Assembly: GCA_021432655.1 (NCBI GenBank)
Contig: MU271264.1
Location: forward strand, 62,001-113,726
From: Atractiella rhizophila
Lineage: Eukaryota
Length of the DNA stretch: 51,726 nt
Direction: 5' to 3'
Below the pieces are notes generated by a model, which was given only the letters and a program-made list of their open reading frames with translations, was not told the origin of the DNA and did no database searches. Numbering within the stretch: the stretch's first letter is position 1; every line of letters begins with the position of its first letter. The translations under genes and the position numbers were made by a program. This document shows positions 1-12,318 of the stretch, piece by piece.

Positions 1-1644
1 GCAGCCTTCGCTCTGTCAGCTCCGTCCCTTCCTTGTCCTCTGATAGTGATGCCTCCGGTCCTTTCGTGGTGCGGATGGAATGGGACGAGAGGGTTTGGGA
101 GGACTTCACTCGCCCGTTAGAAAGAGTCGTGTGGGCTGGAAGGAGGGAGGAGAAGGAAGAGGAGTTCGTCCTCATCCCGTCTTGGGAAAACCTGGTTTAA
201 CTTCAGGTCAACTAGCTGATTATTTTTGAAGGAGGGGAGAGGCGGACCGTTGATTTGTGTCATGGGTGGACACCGCTTCTGAGTCTAAGATGTTCTGTGA
301 GGATTTGGGAGTGCTCGATCGTGGGTTGGATAGGATCATAAGGAAGGAGAGGGTGTATATGTTCGATAGTATTATCAAGGGTATCTATTCATCGTTCAGC
401 TCCCATCGGTCTGCTCGCTTAGGGAGGTAATGTGAGAGAGAATACCAACCTCGCTCCATTGATCGAACGGTGTCCCATTTGCCTTCTCAATCACGAAGGC
501 GAGAAACGCCCAGAGCTGTATTGTGGTTGCGAGTAAACCAGAAGTGACGACGAGAAACAAGAGGCGATTGACGATGAGCTGGGCATTGTTGAGCGTAGAG
601 TGGGGTAGCAAGGATTGTTTCGTGCTCCTCAGCTCGGCGATAAGGAATGTCATCAAAGTGGTGTCTTCGAAGAGGCAGCATGAGTTTGCAGTTGAAAGGA
701 TGGAAGGAGGGACCGACCGATAAGGAATGAAGCCAACAACCAGACGTAGCTTACTATCTTGCCCAATTCCGTACCGAAACCATTGATCTGCGACGAAACC
801 AAATTCTCAGCATCCATACTGCCCAAAAAGATCGGTCAAGACTCACAACCGAGTCCATGGCTGCCACCATACCCACACCGTTCGATCCTATGACGACGAA
901 AGCGCCTCCGAAGATGAGAGCGAGTGAGTATCCTCGTCGCATGTTGACAAACCTACAAGTACAAATCGATGTGGCATCAGACACAGGTAAGGGTACGAAA
1001 GATGGGTCGGCGCACCTGCTAAACTGCCACGCCCTGTATAAGAGGAACAGTTGGCTCTGCGTCTGTAAGCAGTGTGCGATGAAGATGCTCGTCGGGATTT
1101 CGACACGACCAGCGACGGCGAAGTAGTCCCGATCTGTTCAACATCTCTTAACATGAAGATCTTCATAAAATCCAGCAGCTGCTCACCTCCCCAATGTATA
1201 GCAAGAGCCTGGCATTGTAAGATGAGTGCCTAAATCAAGACGTAGAAAGGAAAACTTACATTCGCCTCGTAAATGATCTGAGCCACGTTCTGCGCCCCTT
1301 GAAGCACCACAACGAAGGTGACCCATAACCTGATTTTCCAAAACCTAGATTCAGGGAAGAGCGTGAAGTAGTTCCTTGCCACGGTCAAGAGGATGCCATA
1401 AACTGTCCCCTTCTCTCATCAGTTCCTTCCTTCTCAAATATCTCAAATCCGCTGTCACATCCACCAGGTAGCTTGAAAACCCACGTATGCAAGCAAGAAA
1501 CTCCCCCAGCAAAGGGGGTAAGAAGAAGTCCAGCTAGCTCATACTTTCAGCAGGGACGACACGACAATGGAACGTTTGACACACTGGAGAAAATCGTTGT
1601 TGTGGACCAGGTTCTGTCTCATTTGCTTGTCTTGGCAGCAACAT
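1..1644 (-). CDS. DUF6534-like multi-pass membrane protein, paralogue 1 (multi-exon; 3' end runs off the window)
   Basis: Spliced translation MLLPRQANETEPG..|LDFFLPPLLGEFLACI..YGILLTVARNYFTLFPESRFWKIRLWV..MTFLIAELR..NRLLFLVVTSGLLATTIQL..DQWSE..IYTLSFLMILSNPR resembles the basidiomycete DUF6534 family pattern as recalled. It is collinear with the paralogues at 9897 and 12319. One frame stays open to base 1. Confidence 0.75.
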
Positions 1645-2525
1645 CCTCCTCGAGAGTCGCCACCAGGGGGAGGGGGTCCAAAAGCAGGCGAGCGCAGATT
1701 TATAGCTTATGGAATCCACCCGTCGCAAGGAGAACTCGAAGTTGAATGTCGGAAGCGTTAATTAACACGTCGAACAAAACAGCGAGCAAACGCCAGCCGA
1801 CTCTCTCCAACAGGAATGCTCAACTTGGGTCAGCGGCGATTTATGAAACTTGGCTCATACAAAGGCCGATGAGGCAGGACGACCGACGCTGCGACACATC
1901 GTGATCATGAGCATGAATGTGGCTCAAGAGACAGCTGGAGCCTGACGTCCATAAACTGCAACACGGATAATAGAAGCTAGTATCAAGTCATTCATGGAGC
2001 TGGATATCTCGAGCCGAAGCCCTCCTGCGAGGGTCGGGAGACGTCCCAAAAGGACCAGAAAGAACCAAAAGTCGAGGTCCACCACGATCGATCGACGGAC
2101 GATTTGGTGAAGACGTTGAAGGGGCGAATAGGACGGCCGTGAAAGCGTGGGGGGAGCTGAGATAGGCTGAGATTCGAAAACGGAGCTTCCACTTCCTTGG
2201 CTTCGAATTTCGAATTTCAACTGGATCATCTGAGGTCATCATCATTCATCTATATTAACCAATGCAACCATCGGCAAGTTGACAAGGTGATATGACATCC
2301 TTAGATTCGTGATATTGAAGATGGCGCATCCCAAAGATGAACAAACGATGCAATTCTCCCACATTCTGCCTCTCCTATTCCAATTACGCCGAATTATTGC
2401 AGAGCTCGAGCAGCTGGCATGAGCTATAAGTTAGCATAGGATTGATGCAACAACAGTCTTGATGTGTTGATAATAGAGGTGGGATGGATGTTGTAGAGCG
2501 AGTCATCTTCAAGATTATTGGGATA

Positions 2526-5313
2526 TCAACTAGTCTTTGCGAATTTCGAGGCCGCTCGTATCCTTGTTTGGCAAATTCTCAGTTCCCTGAGGGACAGAAA
2601 ATGTGAAAAGCGTACCGTTTTCCATAGAAGTATATTAACGGCACGGCAGGACATCCCACCACGATGGCAAAACCAGCTAGAATAGTGTTCCCTACATAGA
2701 CTGGCGCGTCAGGCAATGCTCTGATTCAAACATCAAAGGAGGATACTCACCCCAGCCGTAGCCTACAGCGTCGTACATGTTGCTCGCGAAGAGAGGAAAG
2801 GCGAAACCGCACAAGGACCTGAAAAAGGTCACTGCCGCGAGGGCGGAGGCGGCGTAGAGGGTGAAGGAGTCGACGAGGTAGCCGATGATGCATTGGAAGT
2901 TGCCAATCATGCCTTTAATCTCTCGGTTAGATGAACGGTGATGAAATATGGGGAGACTCACCCCAGGCTATGAAGGCTAGACCGATGTCGCAGACTATCC
3001 AATGCCATTTTTTCTGAAAATTCATGTTTAAGCTGCAAAATGGATGATGGAGACCACACTCACCTCCGCCGCCCATCCAAAAAGTAGTAAGCCTAGTGGA
3101 AGGACGATCGTAGCGGGTACCATGATAGGCACTAGGTGTTAAAAAACCCAGTCGTCAAGAACAAAGACGAAATTGCGAGAGGGGATGGCTCACGTCGCAT
3201 CTCTGGCTCACCCTTCCCTCCATTTCGCTTTTTGAGGTATGCATAAAGTGGGTCCATGATGCGCGCTTGAATTTGTGCGATTCCACTGTATAGTCATTCG
3301 ATACGTCAGCCATAGCTGTTAGGGCAAGGAGAAACGCGCGTGAAGCCGATTGCTAGGGAGAGGTAGTTTAAGCCTGCTATCCCTACAGATTCTCCGTACG
3401 TCACTCGAAAGATTCCGGTGATTGTCGTAAGTACCAGATAAATGACACCTGTTGAAACTATGAGCTATCACTACTAGTGGAAGGACGATCGTAGCGGGTA
3501 CCATGATAGGCACTGGGTGTTCAAAAAGTCGGTCATCAAGAACAAGGACGAAATTAGGAGAGGGGATGGCTCACGTCGCATTTCTGGCTCGCCCTTCCCT
3601 CCATTTCGCTTTTTGAGGTATGCGTAAAGTGGGTCCATGATGCGCGCTTGAATTTGTGCGATTCCACTGTATAATCATTCGATATGTCAGCCACAGTTGT
3701 TAAGGGAGGGAGAAACGTACGTAAAGCCGATTGCTAGAGAGAGGTAGTTTAAGCCTGCTATTCCTACAGATTCTCCATACGTCACTCGAAAAATTCCGGT
3801 GATTGTCGTAAGTACCAGATAAATGACACCTGTTGAAACTATGAGCTATCACTTGTGGCTGGATTGATAAGGCCAACCATAGATGAACGCCATATATACG
3901 CTCCAAGTTACAATAATCGGCTCCCTAAAGCGTTTCTTTGTGTAAGTTGTCAATGAAACCGACGGATAAGTTACTGACTTGAAGAACAATTCGAACGGAC
4001 GGATGAGAGACTTGGACATCAACTCCGTCCAATTGACTCTTACCGAATTCTTCGTCTGAAACACCGTGCGGACCATTGGCGAATCAGGCGGCAAGTTCAT
4101 GCTCTTCCGCAAGACTGCTGCTCGCTGATTGAGGAGGACAGGTGCGCTAACGTTGGCATGAGCGGAAGTTCGACATTCTGGGAAATTGAGCAGGGAACGC
4201 ACTAGGTCTCCGTGAGGAAGAACAAGCCCAGAAATTGGACGACCGCAGTAAGGATGCTCGTTGACCAAAATACCCTATTCGCTCTTGCTCAGCGGCGTCT
4301 TTAAGAATGGACAAACTGAATACCATTTATACGTTGACTTCTCAGCGATCCAAGCACCACAAACTGGCCCAATGGTAGGTCCTAGCAACGGTCCAAGCGA
4401 GTAAAGTCCCATAGCTACGCCTCTCTCCTCAGGCAGCCAGACGTCGGATATTAGTCCACCTCCAATCTAGCAATTCAACTCAGTCATGCGTTTGATGCAG
4501 AAGGGTGGTAAGAAACCCACAGCCAAAGGAGCGCTGCCTCCCAGACCTGATAAGAAGCGGAACGCAATGAAGGCGCCTTTATTCGGTGCCCAAGCACAAG
4601 CAAGATTGAAGACTGTTTCGATCGTCAAAGGTCGTTCTCATCGTTTGCTTAGGACATGGCGTACCAAAGAAGAAGCCGTTTGCAAGCTGTAACACCCGTG
4701 AACGTCCATAAACCTCGCTCAATGGCCCAAGTAAGAGCGGTCCAAATGCGTAAGCCCTATTACGCGGCTTTTCAGGTCCAGCCAGGAACAGCGGTCATAA
4801 AGCTCACAGAACAAAGACGCTGACAGTCAATGCGAGCTCTGTTGAGTTTGTGATTCCGAATTTCTCCCCGATCTGGCCAACGGCGGGTGCCATCATGCTG
4901 CTTGCAACGGGAGAAATGAATGTGAACGCAGAGGTGATTGCTGTTGCACCCCACTTCTTGTTGAACCTCCACTGCTTGGGATTTCCGGGATCATATGGCT
5001 TTGCCCACTTCACAAATCACTTCAGGTCGATCACGGTTCAAGGAGGAAATCAAAGACGAACGAGAACTACTGTAGCTCCAGATTTCAGGCGAATCGTGCC
5101 ATCGTGTTTCTCAGGCTCCACTAAACGATCGTCATCCTCGTCCTTCTCGTTACCTGACCCCTTCTTCGCCTCCTTCACCTCCGTATCTTCTTCTTCCCGT
5201 TCCTCCTCTTCTCGCTCATTCTTCTCGAGATCCCGTTTCTCCAACTCGTCACTGTTATGTGTTGGTTCCTTCGACTCGACCAGTGTTTTCGTCGTATCAT
5301 TCAGCGAAGCCAT
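2526..5313 (-). CDS. MFS multidrug transporter, DHA1 (drug:H+ antiporter) family; multi-exon, contains an internal tandem duplication
   Basis: Motifs W..PYDPGNPKQW..KKW, FISPVASSMMAPA, GPLLLGPLSEVYGR, FRFLSGLGGSAPL, GPLLGPTIGP, RPFELFF..EPII, YLVDSFTLYAASALAA..RSLCGFAFPLF..GYGWG. ATG at 5313, TGA at 2526-2528. Confidence 0.92.
3093..3853. repeat. 381-bp-period tandem duplication inside the MFS gene (3093-3472, A, 3474-3853)
   Basis: Both copies run from ctagtggaaggacgatcg to gagctatcact. The exonic differences checked are synonymous. A single A lies at the junction (3473). Confidence 0.95.
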
Positions 5314-5928
5314 CTTCAGCACTCGTCACTCGCACTCGTAATAATTGGTGAAGGGCATGACAGCATCATAGCTCTTTTTATATCATCTCCTGATCATATC
5401 CTCACACTCGGCAAGCCCATGGCGGCATACGGCACGCTCTTCAATCCGACTTCGGCGGGGTCGAGTTCTGGTCTCGCTCCCGCTGCTCTATTCTTGCACT
5501 CTCTGCTATGCTTTGCTATGTCGTTTCGCTAGTTCGCTAGAATATATTCATGAGTGAAACCTACTCCTCGTACTCGAGGTCGAGGAAAGGCTTCATCGGT
5601 CCGAGAATGACATGTTGATGCTGATCCAATAGTGGAAGGTGGAAGCAAGAATGCTCAATAATTCAATATTAATGTTCACGTTCAGTCAGTGCAGATTGAA
5701 GATACTCGATATTGAATGAAGCGATACAAACAAGTCGATATTGAACACTTTTGAGTAATTTAGTAACTAAGGAATAAGCGAAAGAGCGTAGCAGGAGTTG
5801 AGAGGAGAATACTGGGATGGTTTGAGACAAGCCTATCTGAGTCGGCTCAATGTACCGAGCGAAAAACTAGGCCTGGCAGCCCATCGGCGACGAATATGAT
5901 TGAGATATTGACCACAAAGGAAGATCTC

Positions 5929-7471
5929 CTACTTCCTGTATGAAATTTCAACCTTATTCCCATCCTTGGATACGCTCATCCCGGTGGGCACAGGCTTAAC
6001 TTCCTCCTCCTTGAATGCCTTCCCCTCCTCCTTATGCTTCTTTTGCTTCTCATGCTTCTTCTCCTTCCCCGGCCCACCAATCAGCCATCCCACTGCCACG
6101 ATAGCGGCCAGGCCATAAAGACCAGTCTTCTCCTCATCACTCAAAGACCTCTCCTCGAACTTCCACTCGTTTCCCTTTCCATTGTCAGAGGATGATGAAG
6201 AGCCAGAGGAGGATAACTTGACACCAGTCCTCTCCTCCAGGGACTTCAACACTCCTTCTCCCTTCTGGACCGCCTTATCCAAGTTCTCTTGGGCAGTATA
6301 AACCACTTGGGGGACACCGCCGTCGACGAGGTCACTCCAGAGTCCGCCGAAGAAACGACTGACAGAAGAAGAGGTAGAGGATACGGCTTCGGACGAGTCC
6401 TTCTCTAATTCTTGCAACACGCTGTCCGACGAATGCGCTTCGGAAGGCTCCTTCCCCGCGTGATGGGTCGTGATGTCAGCCGAGGTGTGGATGAGACGGG
6501 GTGCACGGCGCGTAGGGAAGTCGTCGGGTTGAGAAAGCGATGAATCGAACTTCTCTGGGATGTATGGCTGTCCAACAACAAACCATGAGGTTTGTCTCCG
6601 GCACTTGGGATGAGGACTTAGGAAAGAAGACGTACAATCGTTACCCCGGTTTTAGCCTCTTCTCGTGGACCGGGGAGCTTGACATTATCCTTCTCTACTT
6701 CTTGCAAGACGCTGTCCGACGAATGCGCTTCGGATGGCTCCTTCCCCGCGTGATGGGTCGTGATGTCAGCCGAGGTGTGGATGAGACGTGGTGCACGGCG
6801 CGTAGGGAAGTCGTCGGGTTGAGAAAGCGATGAATCGAATTTCTCTGGGATGTATGGCTGTCCAACAACAACCAATGAGGTTTGTCTCTGGCACTTGGGA
6901 TGAGGACTTAGGAAAGGAGACGTACAATCGTTACCCCGGTTTTAGCCTCTTCTCGTGGACCGGGGAGCTTGACGTTTCCTACAATTTCATCCGGCGAAGG
7001 AACGGAGGGGGCAGTGAAGGGTACCACGCGCGGGAGTGGCTTGCCTGTTGCGGGATCGAGCCATTTTTCTTGCTTTTGCTTTGGAGCAGTAGGATCCTCC
7101 TGAGCGGCAGCAGGAGCAGAGGTCGAAAGAGGTCTTGACTGAGAAGGGGAGGACGGCACTGCTAGGAGGGGAGATGAAGAGACTGTAGAGTAATCGTGAT
7201 GTTCCGCGAGTCTCGAAATCAAGGCCTCTCGCTTTCCCGTCCTGTTTTCAGTTGAATACAACCCACGTTATTCCTTCCTCTGACCCACATTAGACATAAG
7301 GAAGAAAGCGTACGTAGATAACCCCCGCTCACGCAAATCCTTCTTGAGCTCATTCACGGTCTTCTTCTCCAAAGTCTCCCGCGTCTTGGACAGCAGAATG
7401 GCGGAAGCCAGCCCGCGCCGTTGCTGGAAAAGAGGAGACCGACGTAGCAGCAGTGCACGCGAAGCTGACAT
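5929..7471 (-). CDS. SAP-domain protein with predicted mitochondrial presequence and C-terminal TM helix (Aim34-like architecture)
   Basis: N-terminus MSASRALLLRRSPLFQQRRGLAS is Arg-rich with no acidic residues. SAP motif LEKKTVNELKKDLRERGLS|TGKREALISRL is split by an intron. TM segment GLYGLAAIVAVGWLIGG. Stop at 5929. Confidence 0.75.
6398..6976. repeat. 290-bp-period tandem duplication inside the SAP gene (6398-6686, A, 6688-6976)
   Basis: Near-identical copies, tccttctcta...gagcttgac(a/g)tt, each containing a 68-nt intron. A single A lies at 6687. Confidence 0.95.
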
Positions 7472-7650
7472 TTTGAGCGGGAATGTCGAACAGTCGCTTC
7501 GTGACGAAAGTCGTCGAAAATTTTGGCTTTTTCACACTGGAGACGTACACGAAACGTACCTCCGTCTACGGTCTCGTGACAGATGATTGGACCTCGAAGG
7601 CATGCCAGTTTCCAATCTGGAAGCCTTTTCTTGGAGCGATAAAGCGATAA
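7472..7650. promoter_or_regulatory. Short divergent (probably bidirectional) promoter between the SAP gene and the 2OG-Fe(II) oxygenase
   Basis: Two ATGs face away from each other only 180 bp apart. No specific sites were identified. Confidence 0.5.
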
Positions 7651-9091
7651 ATGTCGTACAAGGTCGTCCAAACTGGCACAGGCCAAAGGGTAGTGCCTAC
7701 AGGTGTCGATTCTGTGCCAGTGGTCGAGGATTTTATCCCAGTTATCGACCTTGATGCGCCGCGTGATGTAGTGGTTGCTTCCCTTCGAGAGGCATGCAAG
7801 AATGTTCGTGTCCCCATTCAAAAAAAACAGAAATAATTAGAGGCTCATCTGTTTGAGGTCAGGTCGGATTTTTCTACATCAAGAACCATGGAGTATCGGA
7901 GGAACTGATACAACGCACTTTTGATGAATCGAAACGATTCATGGATCTCCCAATTGATGTGAAGGCACGCGTGAGACATACGGGCAAGAAGAAGGGCTAT
8001 GTTCCTCTTCTCGGTGAGCAAGTAGACCCGGACAGTAAAGGAGACTTGCACGAGAACTTTGATTTTGGTATGCTCTCCAAAGAAAATAAGAAGAAGTGCA
8101 GCTGACACTGCTATGCATAGGAACGCAGGGTCATGGATCCTTTGAAGAGGAAGATGAAAACTTGAATCAGTGGCTTGACGAGGACACTCTTCCTGGTTTC
8201 AAAAGCAATGTGGTAGACTACTGGTGCGCTCCGTTTCGCATTACTGGAGAAAACAGTTGCTAATTGTTTTAGTGCAGGAGAGAGCTGGGAGACCTCGCTA
8301 AACGGATCACGCCTTTTCTCGCTCTAGCACTTGATCTGTTAGTCCTTCTCAAGTACTCCAATTTAAACTAATTTGATGATGCTCCTTAGAGAGCCAGAGT
8401 ACTTCCAAACGAGACTTAAGCATCCTAATGCAGTTTTAAGATTGATACATTATCCACCACAAGAGAACAGGATCGATGAGTCCTGTATCGGGATCGGTGC
8501 TCACCACGACTACGAGGTCGTCGTTTCTCCACCATTCATGGGCAAATGGCTCATTAGAGTATCTGTAGATCATTACAATCCTCCACCAAGGAGACATCCC
8601 CGCCCTTCAGATCCTGGACGCAGATAACCGGTGTTGGTCCTTCTCTCCTCGTCTTTTAAATTCTAACCGAAAATAACAGGGATAGGAGCACCCATTATTC
8701 CTGGTACGTTTATATGCAATTTAGGCGACCAACTGGCGCGATGGACGAGTGAGTCGTTTTCTCCCTCTACGCCAATTGTTGTTCATAATCATGCGTTTGA
8801 ACCCCCCATCGCGCTCAGACGAAACGTTCAAGTCCACCCTCCACCGCGTTATCAACCGTAGCGGGAAAGAGCGTTATTCTCTCCCCTTCTTTTACGCGGC
8901 GGACTACGACGTGCCGCTCGATGTTCGTCTTTTCTCTCCTCCTGACACGGCTTAATTATAGAGTGGGTAAACAGGTCATCCCCTCTTGCGTTTCGGACGC
9001 TAATCCTCAGAAGTACCCCACCATATTAGCGGGAGAATATATGAGGATGAGGATTGAGGAAACGTTCCATTCGGAAGTCAAGGCAGCTTGA
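7651..9091 (+). CDS. 2-oxoglutarate/Fe(II)-dependent dioxygenase (IPNS/DIOX_N + 2OG-FeII_Oxy family), multi-exon
   Basis: [41 protein letters not shown] (HxD), [32 protein letters not shown] (distal His and RxS). Stop TGA at 9089-9091. Confidence 0.93.
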
Positions 9092-9896
9092 TCCAACCAT
9101 CCAACATCGTCATTTGTTCGAGATGCAGGAAAGCATAAAGTTGGAGTGTATGCATGACTTCGTAGCCCTTGGAAATTTATTGCTTCTGTCAGTCATTAAC
9201 AGCTTCAATGGAGCCGAACTCCAACACCTAGAAGCTAACTGATTGACAACACTTTGGGGTACTTCCCCGAGATTGTTCGTGGTAGCATTCACCTGATCTG
9301 TTGTATGTTTTGTTGACCGCTTCCATTGCACTCTAGTTCACTGGTCGTCTCCTTCTATCGTCAATGCAGTGCACTTGAATCTCGCTCTCAGCATCTATCA
9401 CCGTCCATCGGGTCTTAGAGTCTCTGCAAGAAATTTCTTGCCAACAATATATTGTGTCAGACATTGAACAACTTATGTGAGCAACACCGACAGACGTTCA
9501 ATCATTAATAATTAATTATCGTTTATATCAACATTCATTCATCCCATTCAGTGGGAGCTGTTTCAGAATGGCAAATTGAGTTCGGCGAAAATACCTTCCA
9601 CGATCTCAATTCTTCTTCCCCAATCCCAGCCCAATCTAAAGTCACGACATTCTAAGTTTGAGCATTCAGCAAGTTATCAGACGTGCAGCAACATGTAAAG
9701 CAGGACCAATCTCGTTTCGGAGCGACAGTTACAAGACAACTGCGCTTCGCCTGTGACATCTACAAAAGGTAGGAGTGCGATGTTCTCTTGTCTGGACCTT
9801 TCTTTCAGCACGTCAGCTCCCTCGACTTAGTTACATCGCATAATCTGGAATCGGGGCTTGATATTCGAAGCTCGCACGTTGATCTGACAGGGTTTC

Positions 9897-11823
9897 ATGG
9901 ATTTGGTGAAGAGGCAAGGCTTCGCTTTTTCCAATGTGAGTTCATTCTGCCACCTCCCGGTTTCCAGTACTGAGGGAGCTGATGAGCAGACCGCATTATT
10001 CTTCCCTCCGCTATTAGGACAGTTTTTCTCTTGCATCTGTCCGCCTTTCCATCAAGTTGCTGTAGCTTCACTCAAATCTAGACTATAGTGTATGGAATCG
10101 TTCTTACACTCACACACCACTACTTCCAACTCTACACCGAGCCAAAGTCGAGCCTCTCCTCATCTTGCTGGGACGCACGCGCTGATGCCGAAGCAGGTTT
10201 TGGAAGTCAAAAGTTTGGATTGTTTTCGTCGTTCTTCTACTTGCTGGTCAGAATATAACTCAAATATATTTCGAGTGTCGAGTGCGTTGTTATTCCTCTC
10301 AAGGTCTTCAGCTTCATTGACCATGTGTCTAGCTTTTAGCTGTTCACTGGGGAGGAAAGTTTAATACGCCTCCTCCTTTCCTCAAACTGAGCAGGATCTA
10401 CAGAATTTGACTATCTCGCTACGACCAACTACAACGAATTCATAGGGATAACCACGATCTCTCTCATCCTCCAAATTCAAGCCCAACTCTTCCTACTCTA
10501 CCGAGCTTGGCAATTCACCAGGTTCTTAAGGCTACCAGCGGTTTATCTAAATGTCCTCCTCTTTGGAGGTACTGTCGTCATCCTTGGAGCTAATCTTGCT
10601 GGTCTGCTCGCGACTTACAATGGTGTGGTACGTGCATCCCTTTTGTTCCGGGACAATTTGAGTCTGAGGAGTCTGTAGGGTTCTACGTACCTGTCTTTGA
10701 GTGGCAGAAGGACTGCGACGTATGTTTGGCTTGCTTCTTCCTTCGTTATAGGTGTGCCACTCCTGTCTACAGGCGGGAAGTCATGATAAATTGCAGTTTA
10801 TAGATGCCGCACTTATGGCTTTCCTTGTCCTTGAGTTGCGCACCACAAAGAAGCTCATGCTTCCTCACCCGACTCTGGGCAACGCACAGATGATCATCGA
10901 GCGCTTACTTGTCCTCGTTGTCACTTCTGGTTTCCTTGTAACCATTGTACAACTGTCAGCTCTTGCGGCTTTCATCTGGCAATCCGAGTACGGATCAGTA
11001 TTTGACCAATGGTCTGAAGTAAGCAGTGGGATTAGACCCTTTATCACACTGACCATTTGAGGGCAGATCCCGCTTGTGCCCCTTCCCAGCATCTATACCA
11101 TCTCCTTCCTTATGGTCCTCAGCAATCCGAGAGCAGCAAAGACTCCACAGTCCTCAGGAGATGTTGAGGCGTCCTTCCCCCGAACTCGCACAACTGGTGG
11201 AAACGGAATCGGTTCACATCACACAGCCAGGTTTGTCACCACATTCCTCCAGTCTTCCATGTCAACTGAACTTTGGAAGTAGTTACAACGCTGTTTGGGG
11301 GCTGAACCATCCTCCATCTACGATAGTTATAGTGCCTGCGGACCAGCTCTCCTCGTCTCGCACAGATTCAGGAACAAGAGATCGATCAACAGATAAGTCG
11401 CATTCAGTTTCCTTTGAAACCCGGGAAGTATCAGAAAGTGAAGACACGGATCATGGACTAAGCAAAGAAGAGAGACGTCTGCCGTCGATACCAGAACTCA
11501 GAGAGCGATCGATGGGACCGCTTGTTCCTGAACGACAAAATCGAATATTCCCACAAATGACAGATTCGAGCTCTTCACGCCATCAAGTGACTTCACGCTC
11601 CGCCACTCCACGGAGCCGCCATCCACCAGCCTCTACTCCCGCTAGCTCTCAGGATCGGTCCTCAAAGGAACTTAGCGATGGTCGTGACGACATCCGGTTG
11701 GATGGGTTGATGGGGAGGAGCAATGGCTCTGAACCTAGATCTCAGGATGTGGGCCAGGGCGCAGAGTCAGGAATGGTAACACAACACGACTACTACGAGG
11801 GCGTGGACCGTTACTCAAGTTGA
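9897..11823 (+). CDS. DUF6534-like multi-pass membrane protein, paralogue 2
   Basis: MDLVKRQGFAFSN|TALFFPPLLGQFFSCI|YGIVLTLTHHYFQLYTEPK|FWKSKVW..DAALMAFLVLELR..ERLLVLVVTSG..SIYTISFLMVLSNPR, then a long Ser-rich tail ending at TGA 11823. Confidence 0.75.
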
Positions 11824-12318
11824 TAAATGTTCGTGCCAATTGCTTAGTTCCTCCTGTTCAGTCGTTCCTACATGAAGTTGTTGGGAAACAAAGATACGTT
11901 TTTTGTCTTCATCTCAACTGCGCCTTGTCCACTCTGCAAGAATTCTGCCTTCTATAAGGCGGTGCCAATCGTGTGAAGTTGAGGTTGGGTGAAACCTATG
12001 ACGGTCTGGATTTGCTTTCGTCCGTAACCAGCCGTTCGGAATGCTCATGATCGACGGGCTGGAATCTCAACCGATCCCAACTCTCGTCGAGGACGAAGAT
12101 TCAGTTTCTGGGAAGGCGCTCGTATATCGAATCCTGACGTCTGGATAAAGCTCGTTTCCGAGCGACAGAACACACTGCGCAAGCACTAACTGTGAACGAA
12201 GTCTCGAGCATCGGGATGAGCAAATGGAAAGCAAAATGTTCACATTTCAGCCTCATCCAATTTGACAAATGCCACCGACTTAAGGGCACCGTTAGTGGAG
12301 AATGTTTCTTCATGACTG

